A DNA stretch of 64,000 nucleotides from Podarcis muralis (taxonomy: Eukaryota): positions 34,844,001 to 34,908,000 of the forward strand of contig NC_135668.1 in assembly GCF_964188315.1 (NCBI RefSeq), read 5' to 3'. Positions 1-12,854 of this stretch are shown here, piece after piece. The notes beneath the pieces were generated by a model. The model had not been told where the DNA came from. It saw only the letters and a list, made by a program, of their open reading frames with translations, and searched no databases. A program made the translations under genes and the position numbers. Position 1 is the first letter of the stretch. Every line of letters begins with the position of its first letter.

Positions 1-84
1 TGGAAGAACATGATGCGGTGTGTGCATGCTGAAAGTGAGCAGACTGTGCATCACCTATGTCACCTTGGGTTCCTTGATAAAAGA

Positions 85-310
85 AAGGTGATAAGGCTAT
101 CAGGCGCAACTAACCCTGTGCACTATTGCCACTGTTGGATGCAGTATGTTTCGGGATACCAGTTGCTGGGAATCACAAGTGGGTAGAGCACTGTTGCACT
201 CAGGTCCAGCTTGTGGGCTTTCCAGAAGAGGCACCTGGTTGGCCTCTGTGAGAAACAGGAAGTTGGACTAGATGGACCACTAGACTGATCCAGCAGAGCT
301 CTTCTTATGG
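85..310 (+). mobile_element. CR1 LINE 3' end fragment (decayed)
   Basis: Matches the squamate CR1 3' tail pattern (...ccagttgctggg...ggttggcc.ctgtgagaa.cagga..tggactagatggacca...ctgatccagcag.gctcttcttatg); family assignment from recalled consensus. Confidence 0.7.
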
Positions 311-483
311 AATTATATAAGCATAATAAATAAACATATTGTTGAAACAGTGCAATTATTGAAGTGCTTATGAGATATCTAGAACTTGCAATGACTTTCC
401 CTCTTATTCCTGTTCACTGCTAAAAGACAGACAAAGATTACCATGCAATCCAAGGGATTGTAGAGTTTGGGATGTTGAAACCT

Positions 484-523
<40 letters not shown>

Positions 524-1424
524 GTGTGGTGATATCTATGGCTGCCATGGGGCAAACAGCAACTTTGGAGAGGGGGTTTCAGATCAGAATAACAGTACTG
601 GGAAACATTCCCTCCAACACTGCCCTCCCTACTTAGTTTATGGTTTCCTATTATTCCTTTTAGATTACATTAAGAATTACAAGAAATCTGGATGGCAACT
701 CATTTCTGTGACATCTTATTTAAGCATCATGAAACCCATCAGCTATCCAAGGTTCTTCATTCTACCAAAGATGCCATCTGCAGAAGCCAGACATCACTTC
801 TGGAGGCCTTTCAAATGTGCCAAAATGCACAATTCCAAGGTGTGAGGAAATATATTGAAGTATCTTGCAGCTTCACTCAAAAGGTAGGGCTTTGGGAGGC
901 CATACTGGGTAATATAAGGACTCAGCTGAGCTTTGGCTTTTGTTGAAGCATCTTCCACTGTCCTTAGGAACTCTCCAAGGTACTGAGGCACCAGACTAGC
1001 TGCCTGTTAACTGTACCTTGGTTACAGGGAAAGTAATGCAGGCATAACAAAACCCCTGCACCCTACGTATAAAAATGTTACCAAAATATCCTTTCTACTT
1101 TGACAGTTATTAATGAGTCTTATTTTTTACATGTACATTTATCTAGAATAATCATCACCCACAGTACTGCTAATAGTACTAAATCCAAGAGAGACAATAA
1201 GGTGATAACTTTCTGAAGACCATTTAAAATATTACAAAGTATTGAGCAAGCTACTAATTCCACCCCAAAGACCAATATGACTACCTGCAATCTGACTTCT
1301 TTATTACTAATAGATATGTTAATAAATAGGAGTCCTACACAGGAAGGCTGCAAGCTTTCCCAGCCAGCAACATCTCTGTCACTAGTAGAACATGGTGAAT
1401 AATAGTCCCCTGCTATGGAAAAGC

Positions 1425-1616
1425 CATGGACCAATGGCAGAGCATATGCTTCCCGTAAAACAGGTTACACATTCAATTCTCAGCATCTACAAGTAGGGCT
1501 GGGAGAGACCCTCAGCCTGGCTGAAACCTTGGAGAGCCACTGCTAGGCAAAGTAGACAGTCCTGAGCTAGATGAACCAAAAACCTGGTTCAGTATAAGGT
1601 CATTTCCTATGTTCCT
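1425..1616 (+). mobile_element. tRNA-derived SINE (tRNA-Ala-like head, Squam2-like), decayed
   Basis: Body gtagggctgggagagacc...ggagagccactgc...ctgagctagatg...agtataagg...ttcctatgttcct is shared with copies at 50675, 51275 and 54380. Confidence 0.7.
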
Positions 1617-1801
1617 AATCTTAATCAGTGGAGCTGGATTGATACAGGAGGAGACAATCCTTTAGGCACAGTGATTCTGATTACCAGATTTGGTTAATAC
1701 AGATTAGCATGAACAAGTCACTAGCCCAGGGGAGCAAAGAAGAATTTTTGTTTGGGATATTAATAGTGGATGATGGTGTATGAAGGCAGCAGAAAGCTCA
1801 C

Positions 1802-1990
1802 CTTGCTCCTTTCTCAGACTGACCCTTGGGGAAAACTCATTTCTGCCCTGGGACATGCTATTTAATCTGACATTTGATGATCTATGTACAGCCAGACTCT
1901 TATTTTTAAGAGTTTGTGTTTTTTAAAGAAAAGCTTGTATTTAAGATTCAAGTATTTTGACTGCAAGATGCCTTGCTGGGGTTCACAAGG
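1802..1990 (-). other. Candidate non-coding exon or pseudo-exon
   Basis: Minus-strand acceptor ctattttattcag| and donor aag|gtgagc; 189 nt; stops in all three frames. Confidence 0.15.
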
Positions 1991-3017
1991 CTGAATAAAA
2001 TAGATGCATAGATACATGCATAAATAAACAGAAAGAGCATTGGAAATTATCAACTGAAATGACAAGGAGAGTATAGGAGTTCATTAAAGCAATCACATTC
2101 TAAAGGAGCTATACTGACAATAATTTGCAAGCCTCAAAATGGCCTATAAAATTATTTCATTTAGCACTTTTTCTCAACCAAGATTTTTTTAAAAAATAAT
2201 AATCCCAAAATAACACAGTCAAATTGCAAACTGTTTTCCTTAAGTATGATGTAATTTATGTAACAAAATAAATCTACCCTGTTAAAATATTTAGTAGAAC
2301 TGAGAATAATGAGTGCAGATAGGATTAGTTTAATTAGTTTACTGAAATGGAGTTCTCTTAGTGGCTAAGTGTGATATATCGGCTTTTGTCACCTGGAATA
2401 AAAAAAGAGGTAATTAGTCCTCGCTCAAATATATTGTTTTCCTTGAACCGAGTGAAATGTAATACTTTATTCTGAATTACTATGGTAACCCTTTTCCATT
2501 GTTGCAAAACAGCACAGAGCACATGAAAATGTATCGTCTTTATCAAACGTTGCATCTATGCCACTATACAGGGGAAAGGTTGAGCTTTCAACAATTAATT
2601 CCTCTTATTTGGTATGATTCACCACTAATCTTACTCTAGTTTGTACACCTCTGGAACTCTGCAACAATCAAAGATGGCACCGTAGCATTAAATAGCATGC
2701 TATTCTTAGGAGTGAGGGTCACTGACCAATAACCACAAATCTGTAAGGACCAAAGTTGGCCAGATCTATCTGTTTCTAGCACACAGCGCTTTCCCCCAAA
2801 CTGGGTCTGCTGCCCAGCATGCAGTTTCCCCCTTATCCTGCCATAATAAAACTGAAGCACAGCTTTCTAGCTCAGTGGCAGATCACATGTTTTGCTGCCG
2901 CATGGTATCTGGTTCAGTCTTTGGTGGCTCCAGCTAGAACTGGGAAAGACTCCGTCTTTGGGCAGTCATGGCTAGTCAGAGACAATGCTCAGCTGCATGG
3001 ACCAGTGGCCTGACTTA

Positions 3018-3330
3018 GGCCACATCCACACCATGCATTTTAAACAGTACCATGCTACTTTAAACAGCCACGACTTCCCCAAAAGTTTGCTAAGGATGCT
3101 GAGAGAAGTTAAGGAGACCCCTATCCCCAGCTCACAGCTACAATTCCCAAGTTTCCTGAAGAGATGAATTCTTAAGCTACTCAGGAGGTTATAGCTCTGG
3201 GAAGGGAATAGGGGCCCCGTAACAACTCGCAGCACTCTTCACAAACTACAGCACCCAAAATTCTTTGGGTGAAGCTAAGGCTGTTTAAAGTGATATCATA
3301 GCGATTTAAGTGTATGGTGTGAATTGCATC
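3018..3330. mobile_element. PIF/Harbinger-like MITE (degenerate)
   Basis: Imperfect TIRs ggccacatccacaccatgcattttaaa ... tttaagtgtatggtgtgaattgcatc; preceded by TTA. Confidence 0.5.
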
Positions 3331-3460
3331 ACAGGTCTAAGACAGGATCCCATGTCCTTGTGGCCACAGGAGCCCAGTGTTCCTCAGTTCCACCCCATTG
3401 TCCTCCCCATGTCTTACTCTCCACACAGTAGTCTGAGATATGGAGATGAAGGGATTTAAG

Positions 3461-3830
3461 AAGGTAAAGGTAAAGAACCCCTGACAGTTAAGTCCAGTCA
3501 CAGACGACTCTGGGGTTCGCCGCTCATCTCACTTTACTGGCCGATGGAGCCGACGTATGTCCACAGACAGTTTTTCTGGGTCATGTGGCCAGCATGACTA
3601 AGCCACTTCTGGTGAAAGCAGAGCAGCACACAGAAACACCATTTACCTTCCCACCAGAGTGGTACCTATTTATCTACTTGCACTTTGATGTGCTTTCGAA
3701 CAGCTAGGTGGGCAGGAGCTGGGACTGAGCAATGGGAGCTCACCCCGCTGCCGGGGATTCAAACCACAGACCTTCTGATCAGCAAGCCCAAGAGGCTCAG
3801 TGGTTTAGACCACAACACCACCCGCATCCC
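3461..3830 (-). mobile_element. Sauria SINE (Squam1), full length
   Basis: Diagnostic (ACCTTT)n tail (aaggtaaaggtaaag on +), conserved body and tRNA-like head; 15-bp TSD ATGAAGGG[A/G]TTTAAG at 3446-3460 and 3831-3845. Confidence 0.95.
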
Positions 3831-4911
3831 ATGAAGGGGTTTAAGTTCATCCAAATCCTCTTCCTCCTCACCAGCCCTGCATGGAGTGATGACAATAGTA
3901 GTTTCCTCCTTGGAATCCCAACCCCATTTTTCACATATTTTGCTGCTTGTAGAATCTTTTGGGAGGCAGCCAGCCTCTCACAAGGCAATCAAGTCTTTTG
4001 CAAGTTGAGGCCCCCGCCTTTGTTGTCCTGCCAACATGATAGCAACTCATAGCACCAGCTGTGGTTCCTTAAAAAGGCTCCCCACCTCAGCACAGGGAAG
4101 AAAACTTCCAGATCGTCACAGTTGTTGAAGCAGGGACACAATTCTGGACACACATATGCACACAACTTCTCTTTGCATACCCCTGAGAGACCAGGGTTCC
4201 AACTACACAGATAAACCCTAGGCAAGTAAAGATCTACACATAGGGTCAGTTCTCTTACTGTAAAAAAGAAAAGTAAACGACACATGTTCTTGCTCTCCCA
4301 TTCCAAACAGATTTATACACTGCTTGAGTGTTGTTTTACAAAACCTACTCAAAGCAGAATGTCTGGAAGGGGAGTTAACATAGGATTAATTTCCTACACA
4401 GATATGTTTGCCTTTACATACTCCAGCATATTATTAGAATGAAAGAGAGCAAGTCTATGAAATTATTGTCTTAAAATTATTGTCTTGAGCAAAGTATCAG
4501 AGGCTGCAGGTTGTGCAAATAAAATGATGGTTATCACGTTGCAATGTGATTTAATAAAACTAACATACAGATTCTGGACTCTGGCTAAGGAGCAATATAT
4601 AAATAATGCATGGAAATGCCTCTTTGGGCTGTCAGGTTAAAGATATTAACACAGCAGTGAGGAGAAGAGAGTTTTGGAAACACCAGGGCCATCAGGTTGA
4701 TGGAGTTAAAGACACTGGACAATGAGGACAAAGGTTTAGTAGCAAAATCTCATCTGTTCTTTCTCCCACGATTAAATTTGGAAGTACCTTTGAAATAGTA
4801 GTTAACATGTTGATTGCCATTCAGTAGAAATTTGTGGCAGAAGGAAAGAAGGGAGGGTACGTCTGAGGGACATGGGAAGGTAACTAATACTGCATTATAT
4901 CCATTGCATTA

Positions 4912-5275
4912 CATGCCTGGGTCAGACCATTAGTCCATCTTTCTCAGTATTGCCAACACTGGCTGGCAGAAGCTCCACAAGCTTTCAAATTGGGGTCCCA
5001 TAAAGTCATACCTGAAGATGCTGGGGATTGAACCTGAGACCTTCTGCATGCAAAGCAGGTTCCCAACCACTAAGCTATGGAACAAAGCAACTTGTCTTAT
5101 ACTAAGTCAAACCATAGGTCCATTTAGATTGGTATTGTCTACACTGACTGGCAGCAGCTCTCTGGAGTTTCGGGCAGAGATCTTTCAAAGCCATATGTGG
5201 AGATGCTAGGGATTCAACCTAGGGCCTTCTTCAATCAAAGCAGGTGCTCTCTACCACTGAGCTATGGCATTTCCT
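4912..5275 (-). mobile_element. Two head-to-tail tRNA-derived SINEs (Squam2-like)
   Basis: Two consecutive copies (about 4912-5080 and 5085-5275), each ending in ...ccactaagctatgg / ccactgagctatgg, the reverse complement of the tRNA A-box head. Confidence 0.75.
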
Positions 5276-6089
5276 CCTTATTTTCTCAGCTTTGGAGGGT
5301 GTATTTGGAGTAGCCACAGCACTTACTAATGCAACTGAACAAAATATCTAGCAAACTGCCTACTTAGATGCATAAGTGGCAGCAGCAGAAATTTCACCAA
5401 CACTTTTGGCAATGTGTACTGTCACACACACACACACACACACACACAGAGAGAGAATTTCTGAGGGGTTGCTGCCTTGAGATGGTTTTATTTAACTGTG
5501 CACTTGAATTTGAAATAGCAATGCACACTGATCTTTAGATTTTTTTTGAGAGGAGGTCATTTTTAGTGGGTTGGGGGAGAAATGTGACCCATTTAAATGG
5601 GGGGAATTGCAATTTGGAATCAGGCATTAAACACAGTCTGCCACACACATCCTTCCTTTGCCCAGCCTGACCTTCACCCTATCTCTTATTTGTCTCTAAA
5701 TGGCCTCTTCTTTGACTATCCTTGAGCTATTTCCTTTCACTGCCAAACAGAGCAGAGATCAAAGACTTTCCTCATCACAGCATACCCAGTGTAAAAAAAG
5801 AAGTATGCAGCCTAAAAACTCCTAGTTTGTATCAAATATTGTGTAAAAAAAAAACCTAGTCATTTTTATAGGCACAACTTGTATATTTATGCATTCATTC
5901 CATTTACATTATTTATAGGCTGCCTTTTCAAGAATGTGACTGAGGCTGTGTAGAAACCAGCCAAAGCATTGGCAATCAAAACCAGACTGATGAGTCAAAA
6001 TTCCACAAAGGCCAAAAAGATGTATAAGAAACATATGAACAGCAGTGTACAAGTGGGAAATAAACAATTAGTCAAAAGCATTAACATTG

Positions 6090-6275
6090 GAATGTAGGAA
6101 GATGCCTTATACCGAGTCAGACCATTGGTCCATTAAGTGCAGTATTGTTTATACTAACTGGTAGCAGCTCTCCAGGATTTCAGGCAGGGAGTCCTTCCCA
6201 GCCCAACCTGCAGATGCCTTCATGAGTTGAACCTAGGAACTTCTGCTTGCAAGGCCACTGAGCTACAGCCCTTCA
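6090..6275 (-). mobile_element. tRNA-derived SINE (Squam2-like)
   Basis: ggaagatgccttataccgagtcagaccattggtcc...ccactgagctacagccc. Confidence 0.8.
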
Positions 6276-6659
6276 ACATCAATTGAATGTTCCAAAGAAC
6301 CCTCTTCAGAACTTTGTACTAACTGTTCAAAAGCCAGAAGACCAGACCAGCGACTGCAAGATTTGTGGCTTGCATGCAATGCCCCTGTCCTTTCCCCTGT
6401 TTCACCCTTTACATGCTTTAAGTGAATGCCTTGACGGCAATAAGAAATAATTCTATTTCATCCTTACTGTCTAGAGCAGTTGTATGGGACCTCAGGTCCA
6501 GGGTCAAATGCAGCCCTCCCAGCCTCTCTGTTCAGGCCCTGGGACTCTCCGCAGGCAATAAACATATCATTGTCCATGCTCTGTGCCCTCCTTGAATGTG
6601 TTTGCCTGTTTGGAATGTGTCCTTCAGTTGTGATAATGCCTCTTGCTGGAGAGATAAGG

Positions 6660-7235
6660 ACAAAAGAAGAGCCTGGCTGCTAAATCAGGCCACTGGCCTA
6701 TCTAGTCCAGCATCCTGTTCTCAACTGGATGCCTCCAGGAAGTCCACAAGCATGACCTGAGCACAACAGCCCCCCCCCCACCACTTGTGGTTCCCAGCAA
6801 CTGGCATTTACTGCCTCCAACAGTGGAGATAGCACCCAACCACCATGGTGAGTAGCTTAGGAGCAAAATATGAGCCTGGCTGCTGGTCCATCTATTCCAG
6901 CATCCTATTCCAGCATCCTATTCTCACAAGGGCTATTTCTCACAGTTGTCTGTGGGAAACCTCCAAACAGAACCCCAGCAGAAGTGCCTTCTCCTCTCCT
7001 GTGGTTGCCAGCAACTGGCCTATCAGAAGCATTACTGCCTCCAATCGTAGAAACAGATAATAGTCACCATCATAACTAGTAGCCACTGATGTCCTTACCC
7101 ATCATGAATTTCCCAAATCCTCTTTTAAAGCCATCTACATTGGTAACCATCACTGCTTCCTGTGGAAGTGAGTCCCATGGTTTAACTATGTGCTGCATGA
7201 AGAAGTACTTCTTTTTATCTGCCCTACAGAATCAT
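6660..7235 (-). mobile_element. Tandem pair of CR1 3' tails
   Basis: agaagagcctggctgct...tccagcatcctgttctc motif occurs twice (about 6665 and 6872), followed by ttttaaagccatc...catggtttaactatgtgctgcatgaagaagtac. Confidence 0.75.
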
Positions 7236-8490
7236 AGAATTTTAGTGTTGACTCTCCTAACATTCAGCTTCTTGGGATTTCAGGATGAGGGCTGCAGAAG
7301 GTCTGGGCTTTGGGGTATTGTGGTATGATTATATACTGCTTTTTTTTTTTTTTTTTTTAGCTCAAAGGCTAAGCCCTGAACGACATTAATACATTTTTTA
7401 AAAATATATACAATAAAAGTAGAATACTCTGGAACCTCAAATTTTATTTCAAAGGATGAGCTGAATATTTTCCTGTAGCCCTGTTGGGGGGGGGGAGAAA
7501 AAAAAACACATTATGGCTATTAAATTAGGGAATGTGTACTGTGAAGATGGGCCACATATCAAGGATGGAGAAAAACATAATTCCTTATGAAGTTTTGTGA
7601 GTTTTGGGGCAGGCTGCTGCTGGTGGGGGGGGGGGAGGGAGAAAACCAGCTGCCTATGGAACCCTGAATTAGAATTCCACAGATAGACCTAAGCCCCAGG
7701 GGCTGCTATGAGTGCTGTTGCTACAAACTACCACTTGTTATCAGTTTTTAAAGAAGCATGAAATCCTTCACTACTTAACAGCGCAGGAGGGCGGTGGGAT
7801 AAGGAGAAGGAAGGAACGGAAGTGCTCTCTGAGATATTAAGGGATGAATAAAGCAGTTGGGGGTGAGCTGATTAGGCATTTTTTCTTTTGCAAAGTGAGC
7901 AATTGTGTAGCTGCTTGTTACCGACTGTAGCAGTAATAATAATAATAATAATAATGGCAAAAGCAATAATAAACACCATCATATTTTTCTTTTCTTTTGC
8001 AAGGTAAGAGATTCTACACATCCTTGCCACAGATTGTGCTAGAAATCATCACCATTACATTGCTCCCAAGCTCTTGCCAGCTGCTACTAAGAGCACTTTA
8101 CAAAGCACGGTAAAGTACTCTCTCAGATCTTGCTAAATGTTTTCAAAGCACAGAAAAGCATCAAAAGGAAATGAAAGTTATGCTAAGGCTGCAATCCTGG
8201 ACATGCATAAAGAGGAGTAAACCCCACTAATTTCATTTGGACTTGCTCTGGGGTAGAGATGCATAGGATAAACTGTGACACAATCAACAGAGCTGGTGCC
8301 TGATGTGTAGGACACTTTTATTTTCTTCTGAAAGAAGCTCTTTAAGTGAGGCGACACAGCGCGAGTAAGCTCAACAACTTACGGTTGTCCATCAAAAAAA
8401 TCTGGGACTGATTTTTACATTAAAAAAGCACTGGCTATAACTCAAATGTTCTCTTTAAAGCAGGGGTGGTGCACCTGCAACCCTCTAGGC

Positions 8491-8669
8491 CAGTGGTGCC
8501 CAAACTTTTTTCAAAGAGGGCCAGATTTGATGAAGTGAAGGGCCGCGAGGGCCGACCAAAGGGCCAACCAAACTTGTTGACCTTTTTTAAGGATTTAAGC
8601 TGTTGATCTTTTTTTATGATTTACGGGTGGGCTGGATTATGCCCCCGGAACAGACTTTGGGCATGCCTG
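8491..8669. mobile_element. hAT-type MITE nested in an older palindromic MITE (about 8461-8780)
   Basis: Ends cagtggtgcccaaact ... tttgggcatgcctg; 8-bp TSD ctctaggc/ctctagac (7/8). Confidence 0.75.
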
Positions 8670-9059
8670 CTCTAGACATTTTTTTGACTCCAATTCCCAT
8701 TTGCCACAGGCAGCACAGCCAGTGGTTGGAGGCATGATAGGATTTTGCCTCCAACAACTTCTGGAAGGCCTCATTCCTGTGTTAAATTATGAGAAGAAAA
8801 TGTGTGTCACATCCATGCACATAAATGTATGCATTCTGGAGCTTCTTGATGAAACACCCCAGAGACATTTTTACGGCCAAGTTATGCACCTATAAAAACC
8901 AGGGTTTGAAATGGATAGGACTGTCTAACTACCATAGCAGAATAACTGCTACAGGGTGCTTGGGTGTGTGTGGGGGTAGAGAAGACATTGGCACGTTTTT
9001 TTTTTTTTTTGTTCTTACTTCAGCCATTACTTTAAATAGCCTCTAGATAAGACACTTAT

Positions 9060-9400
9060 GTGATCCAGATGATTGACTTGCAAATAAAACCCAAATCCTC
9101 AAAATGACTAAATGATTTAAGCCACTGGTACCGAACTTTGTTAATGTCTGAGGCTAACCATGGCAAATTAAAGATGCAATTCATATTTACCTGCAGACTT
9201 GGACTGTCTGATAATTTAATCAAACAGCACACTTTCACCAGCATGCAGTCAGAAAACCCAAAAATTGTTGAGCTTTTTTCCCGATTTGTCCAAGTGCCGC
9301 CTTTTGGAAATTCCCCCCGGGATGTTAAGTCCACCTTTGAAATCCCGGTAATGTGTGGCAGCCCTCCTAAAGCTACATTTGATTAAGCTCAGAGTTTTCC
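9060..9400. promoter_or_regulatory. Putative enhancer / conserved non-coding element
   Basis: Repeat-free, retains CpGs; TGATTGAC (9070-9077), TGATTTAA (9113-9120), canonical NF-kB GGAAATTCCC (9306-9315). Conservation not verifiable here. Confidence 0.4.
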
Positions 9401-10174
9401 CACTGTCTGCCTCTCCTTCCTCTCTGGTAATCCAATCTGACTTGCAGTAGCCTGTGACTGTCTGTACCCAATTTTTGAGTCCCTGGCTGAATGTGCCTGA
9501 TATGGCTCAGGCCTCAGCTGAAACAGGCACAGAGCCCTAATGCACATGTGATTTATTTCATTTTTTTTACATATAATTAGCTGGGCTTTGTAATTATATA
9601 ATGTAGTTATTGTTAGGAAGCTGCCTCATACCATATCAGACTATTATTCCACTGAGCTCAGTAATGCTTACTTTGGCTGGCAGCAGCTGTTTGGGTTCTA
9701 TATTGAATGCTACCTGATGCTGTTCATGTACTTTTTTTTGGTAAAATTTTGCAAATAATTAGTCAGTTTTTTATATTAAAAAACCAACAAGAAAAAGCTT
9801 TTAAGATGTAAGTGATTGCTCAGAGAAATAGGTGATCTGATACAGGCAAGACTTGGGTCAGAACCAAAAGATTTCATGTATAAATCCATTTAAAACAGAT
9901 TCCTTTCCCATCCTTAATGATATACACACACTTACAACCCATGTACTGCTGAACCATAGAGAACAACAGGACTAACAACTTAACTGCTAATTCAGAGTGC
10001 CACATGATAAAACACTCATCACCCAACTAATTCAGAAGACAATGATGTTGCCATCATCAGACACTGCATTGAGACAGGATTTTATGTAATGAAAATGAAT
10101 TACGACAGAAGCCTTTGTAGCAACATTAATTTAAGCCCAATTGGCTGCTGCAGATAGATACAACTGGTTTTCTT

Positions 10175-10224
<50 letters not shown>

Positions 10225-10552
10225 GTTAACTAATCAAATCATCAGTACAAACAAAATGTCATAACAAGTTCTCTTGGCACTAATTATCAAAGTGTCAACT
10301 TCCCATAATAAGCAACTAAGAAGATTTGGAATTTGGAACGGAAGAAAAAGAGAAAATATTTTTTAAAAAAGAAAAGCTTACTGTTATTTAACACACTCAA
10401 ATAATAGATATGTCTCAAAGTTTGCCAAATGTGAAGCACTGAAGCACATTTGAGAATTTCTCTGCAATCAAAAATTCCATAGAACACAAAGAGGAGGGCA
10501 GGAATCTAGCAAATTTATTAGGAGGTGCCACTGATCTCTAAATACCTAAAGT

Positions 10553-10801
10553 AGAAGAAGAAGAGTTTGGATTTGATATCCCACCTTTCACTCCCTTTAA
10601 GGAGTCTCAAAGTGGCTAACAATCTCCTTTCCCTTCCTCCCCCACAACAAACACTCTGTGAGGTGAGTGGGGCTGAGAGACTTCAAAGAAGTGTGACTGG
10701 CCCAAGGTCACCCAGCACCTGCATGTAGAGGAGTGGAGATGCGAACCCGGTTCCCCAGATTATGAGACTACCGCTCTTAACCACTACACCACACTGGCTC
10801 T
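10553..10801 (-). mobile_element. Squam3-like (Ther1/MIR-derived) SINE
   Basis: (GAA)n-gagtttggatttgatatccc tail to accactacaccacactggctc head; near-identical to copies at 50118 and 50924. Confidence 0.9.
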
Positions 10802-10814
10802 GAAGTAGGGTTGG

Positions 10815-11515
10815 ACAATCATTTTTTCAGACTGAGGGATGCATTCGCTTATGAGTAACCTTTCAAGGGCTGCATGCCATTGGTGGGCAAGGACCTCTTA
10901 CCTTTGTTCAGAAGGCAGCATTCCAGCCATGCAGAATTCAAAGGTTTCCACCCACCCACACACATCCTCCATTCTTCATCCAGCAAGCAAGAAGCACCCA
11001 AAAACACTCAGGGAAAGTGTGGAGTAAGCTTGGGAAGAGTGAGTCCTCTTGCCTAATAGAGCTCTTTCTTAACGCAAAGTGTGCAACACACAGTTTGTGA
11101 ATCTAGTTAACTGTTGCAGTCATACAGAGGTGCTTCTAGAGGAAGGCAAACAATGAATCAGTTTAATGCAAGAAGTACATAACTTGAGTAGAAAAGTTTC
11201 TAGTTTTAACCTAACTAATCTAGAGGAGGCCAATGCAGCCATGCTTGCTCCTTTGTTCTCAGAGGATAACTCCAGGGTAACCTGTCATCTTGAGGTCCGA
11301 GAGAAATGAATGAGGAAGTTGTAAATAACATGCAACCTAAGGCACCTCGGTCTAAACAACTAAGATATAGAGAGGGAAGTCAGTATAAAGATACAGGGAT
11401 AGTCTGGGAATCTGGAGCTTTCTTAACTCCTTGCAAGCTGAGTTGTACCCAAACTTCCAACATTCTTACCTTTGTTCAGTAGGGTACATTCTAGCCATGC
11501 AGAAATCAAAGCTTT

Positions 11516-11564
<49 letters not shown>

Positions 11565-11710
11565 GTGTGAAGTAGGCCTGGTGAAAGGCAAGGCTTGGAG
11601 AGAGGGGGTGTGGCTTCTGAAGGCAACCTTTCAGAAGGGAGGAACCTTAAGATACTCCCAAGGGCCAGACATAGGTTGAATTCAGCCTGCAAACCCAAGT
11701 TTTCCTTCCT
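10815..11710. mobile_element. Decayed hAT-like element fragments (two partial copies)
   Basis: ttttttcagactgagggatgcattc and tcttacctttgttcag motifs (10897, 11464) also align to the repeat at about 53130-53700. Confidence 0.5.
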
Positions 11711-12588
11711 CAGATTTAAAGCAAAACATAGAGGTAGATCTGAAATTCCCTCTATTCCAGCACAGAACATCAGTAGACAAATGGATTCCTGGAGTGCTGC
11801 CCATCCCCTCATCCTACCATCAGGAAGGAAACAAGGATGGAGGTTCAAACCTACAAATCCAGTTCTGCAAATGGTCTTTACTCATCTGGGGCAAGTTGCA
11901 TTGAGGCATTTGCCACCCCCTCGACCATTTTCTTTTTCTTCTGCAGTAGCAACCAGAGGTCAGGGCTATAGTTCTCAGTCAGTCAGTCAGATTTGCCCCA
12001 GCATAGAAATACAGTCTCTGCTCTGACCCAGTGTGAAATTTCTCCCAGAAAGGCTTAAGGACATCATCTTCCCTGGCTCTTTTAAACCTCATTCCATATC
12101 ACGCTAGCAAGATTCAACAAAGAGCCCTGGCTCCTTATCACGAAATAACATCTTTTATCATGTTAAAATGAAGATAGCACCACAATGCTGGAACTGATGA
12201 AACAGAAGTCAGGGTAGAAACACATTTTTCCAGCACTATTTCTCTTTGGAAGACGGAGGAGAGACACCCAAAAGATCATAGGCTACACACAAACTGTGAA
12301 GAACATTTGTGTGTGCAATTGAATAGAGATAGCAGGTTAATTGACCCCAGCCACACCATAGTTGTGCGGGAGGCTATCAAAGTAACATGCAGTTGATTCT
12401 GTACATTTTCTCCTCTAAACTTGTTGTCCCCAGATAACTCTTCACGTTTAAGCACAAGAGATGTTGAGCTGTGGGTGTCCCAATGCTTAGGGATAGGGGA
12501 GAAACAGGGTCATGTTCACTTTTGAATGCAGAGCTACCTAATTTATACTTACTTCAGAGCATGAAGTAAGCTGGAACACAGTTATATA

Positions 12589-12686
12589 TTTGCTGGTGGA
12601 TGGTGACGCCTGAGACTTGCACTCTATGTGGGGGCCTCATGGGTAGGGTTAAGATCGTGATTTATACACTTAACCTTCAAGACTTG
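12589..12686. other. Duplicated ~95-bp element, copy 1 (function unknown)
   Basis: 37/44 identity with 14641-14684, then invariant GGTTAAGATCGTGATTTATACA (12647-12668); flanks unrelated. Confidence 0.85.
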
Positions 12687-12854
12687 CTTTCATCCAAGTT
12701 TGTGATGCAGTTCTCTAACAAACAAAAAGTGCACAAAAATGTGTATGGAAGGGGAAAGTGTGCATAAAAGTGCACATATTAGTGACAAGAATATACAAAA
12801 GACATGGTATTAAGGGGAATTGCATGCAAAAATGTGTATATTGCAAGAAATGTA

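Noticed and set aside
10897-11530. ~65-bp direct repeat at 10897 and 11464 with a donor-like CTTACC
   Set aside because: The same motif occurs in the dispersed hAT-like repeat at about 53250, so it is repeat-derived rather than duplicated exons.
11423-11848. ORFs with poly-(CV)/(HT) runs (also 32054-32584, 40691-41011, 13197-13454)
   Set aside because: Open because of (CA)n microsatellites and repeat fragments.
12589-12686. Assignment of the duplicated element to a known snoRNA, U12 snRNA or miRNA
   Set aside because: No RTGATGA/CTGA box pair, no ANANNA H box in both copies, only a short GGTGACGCC resemblance to U12, and no match to miRNA families I can recall; kept as unknown.
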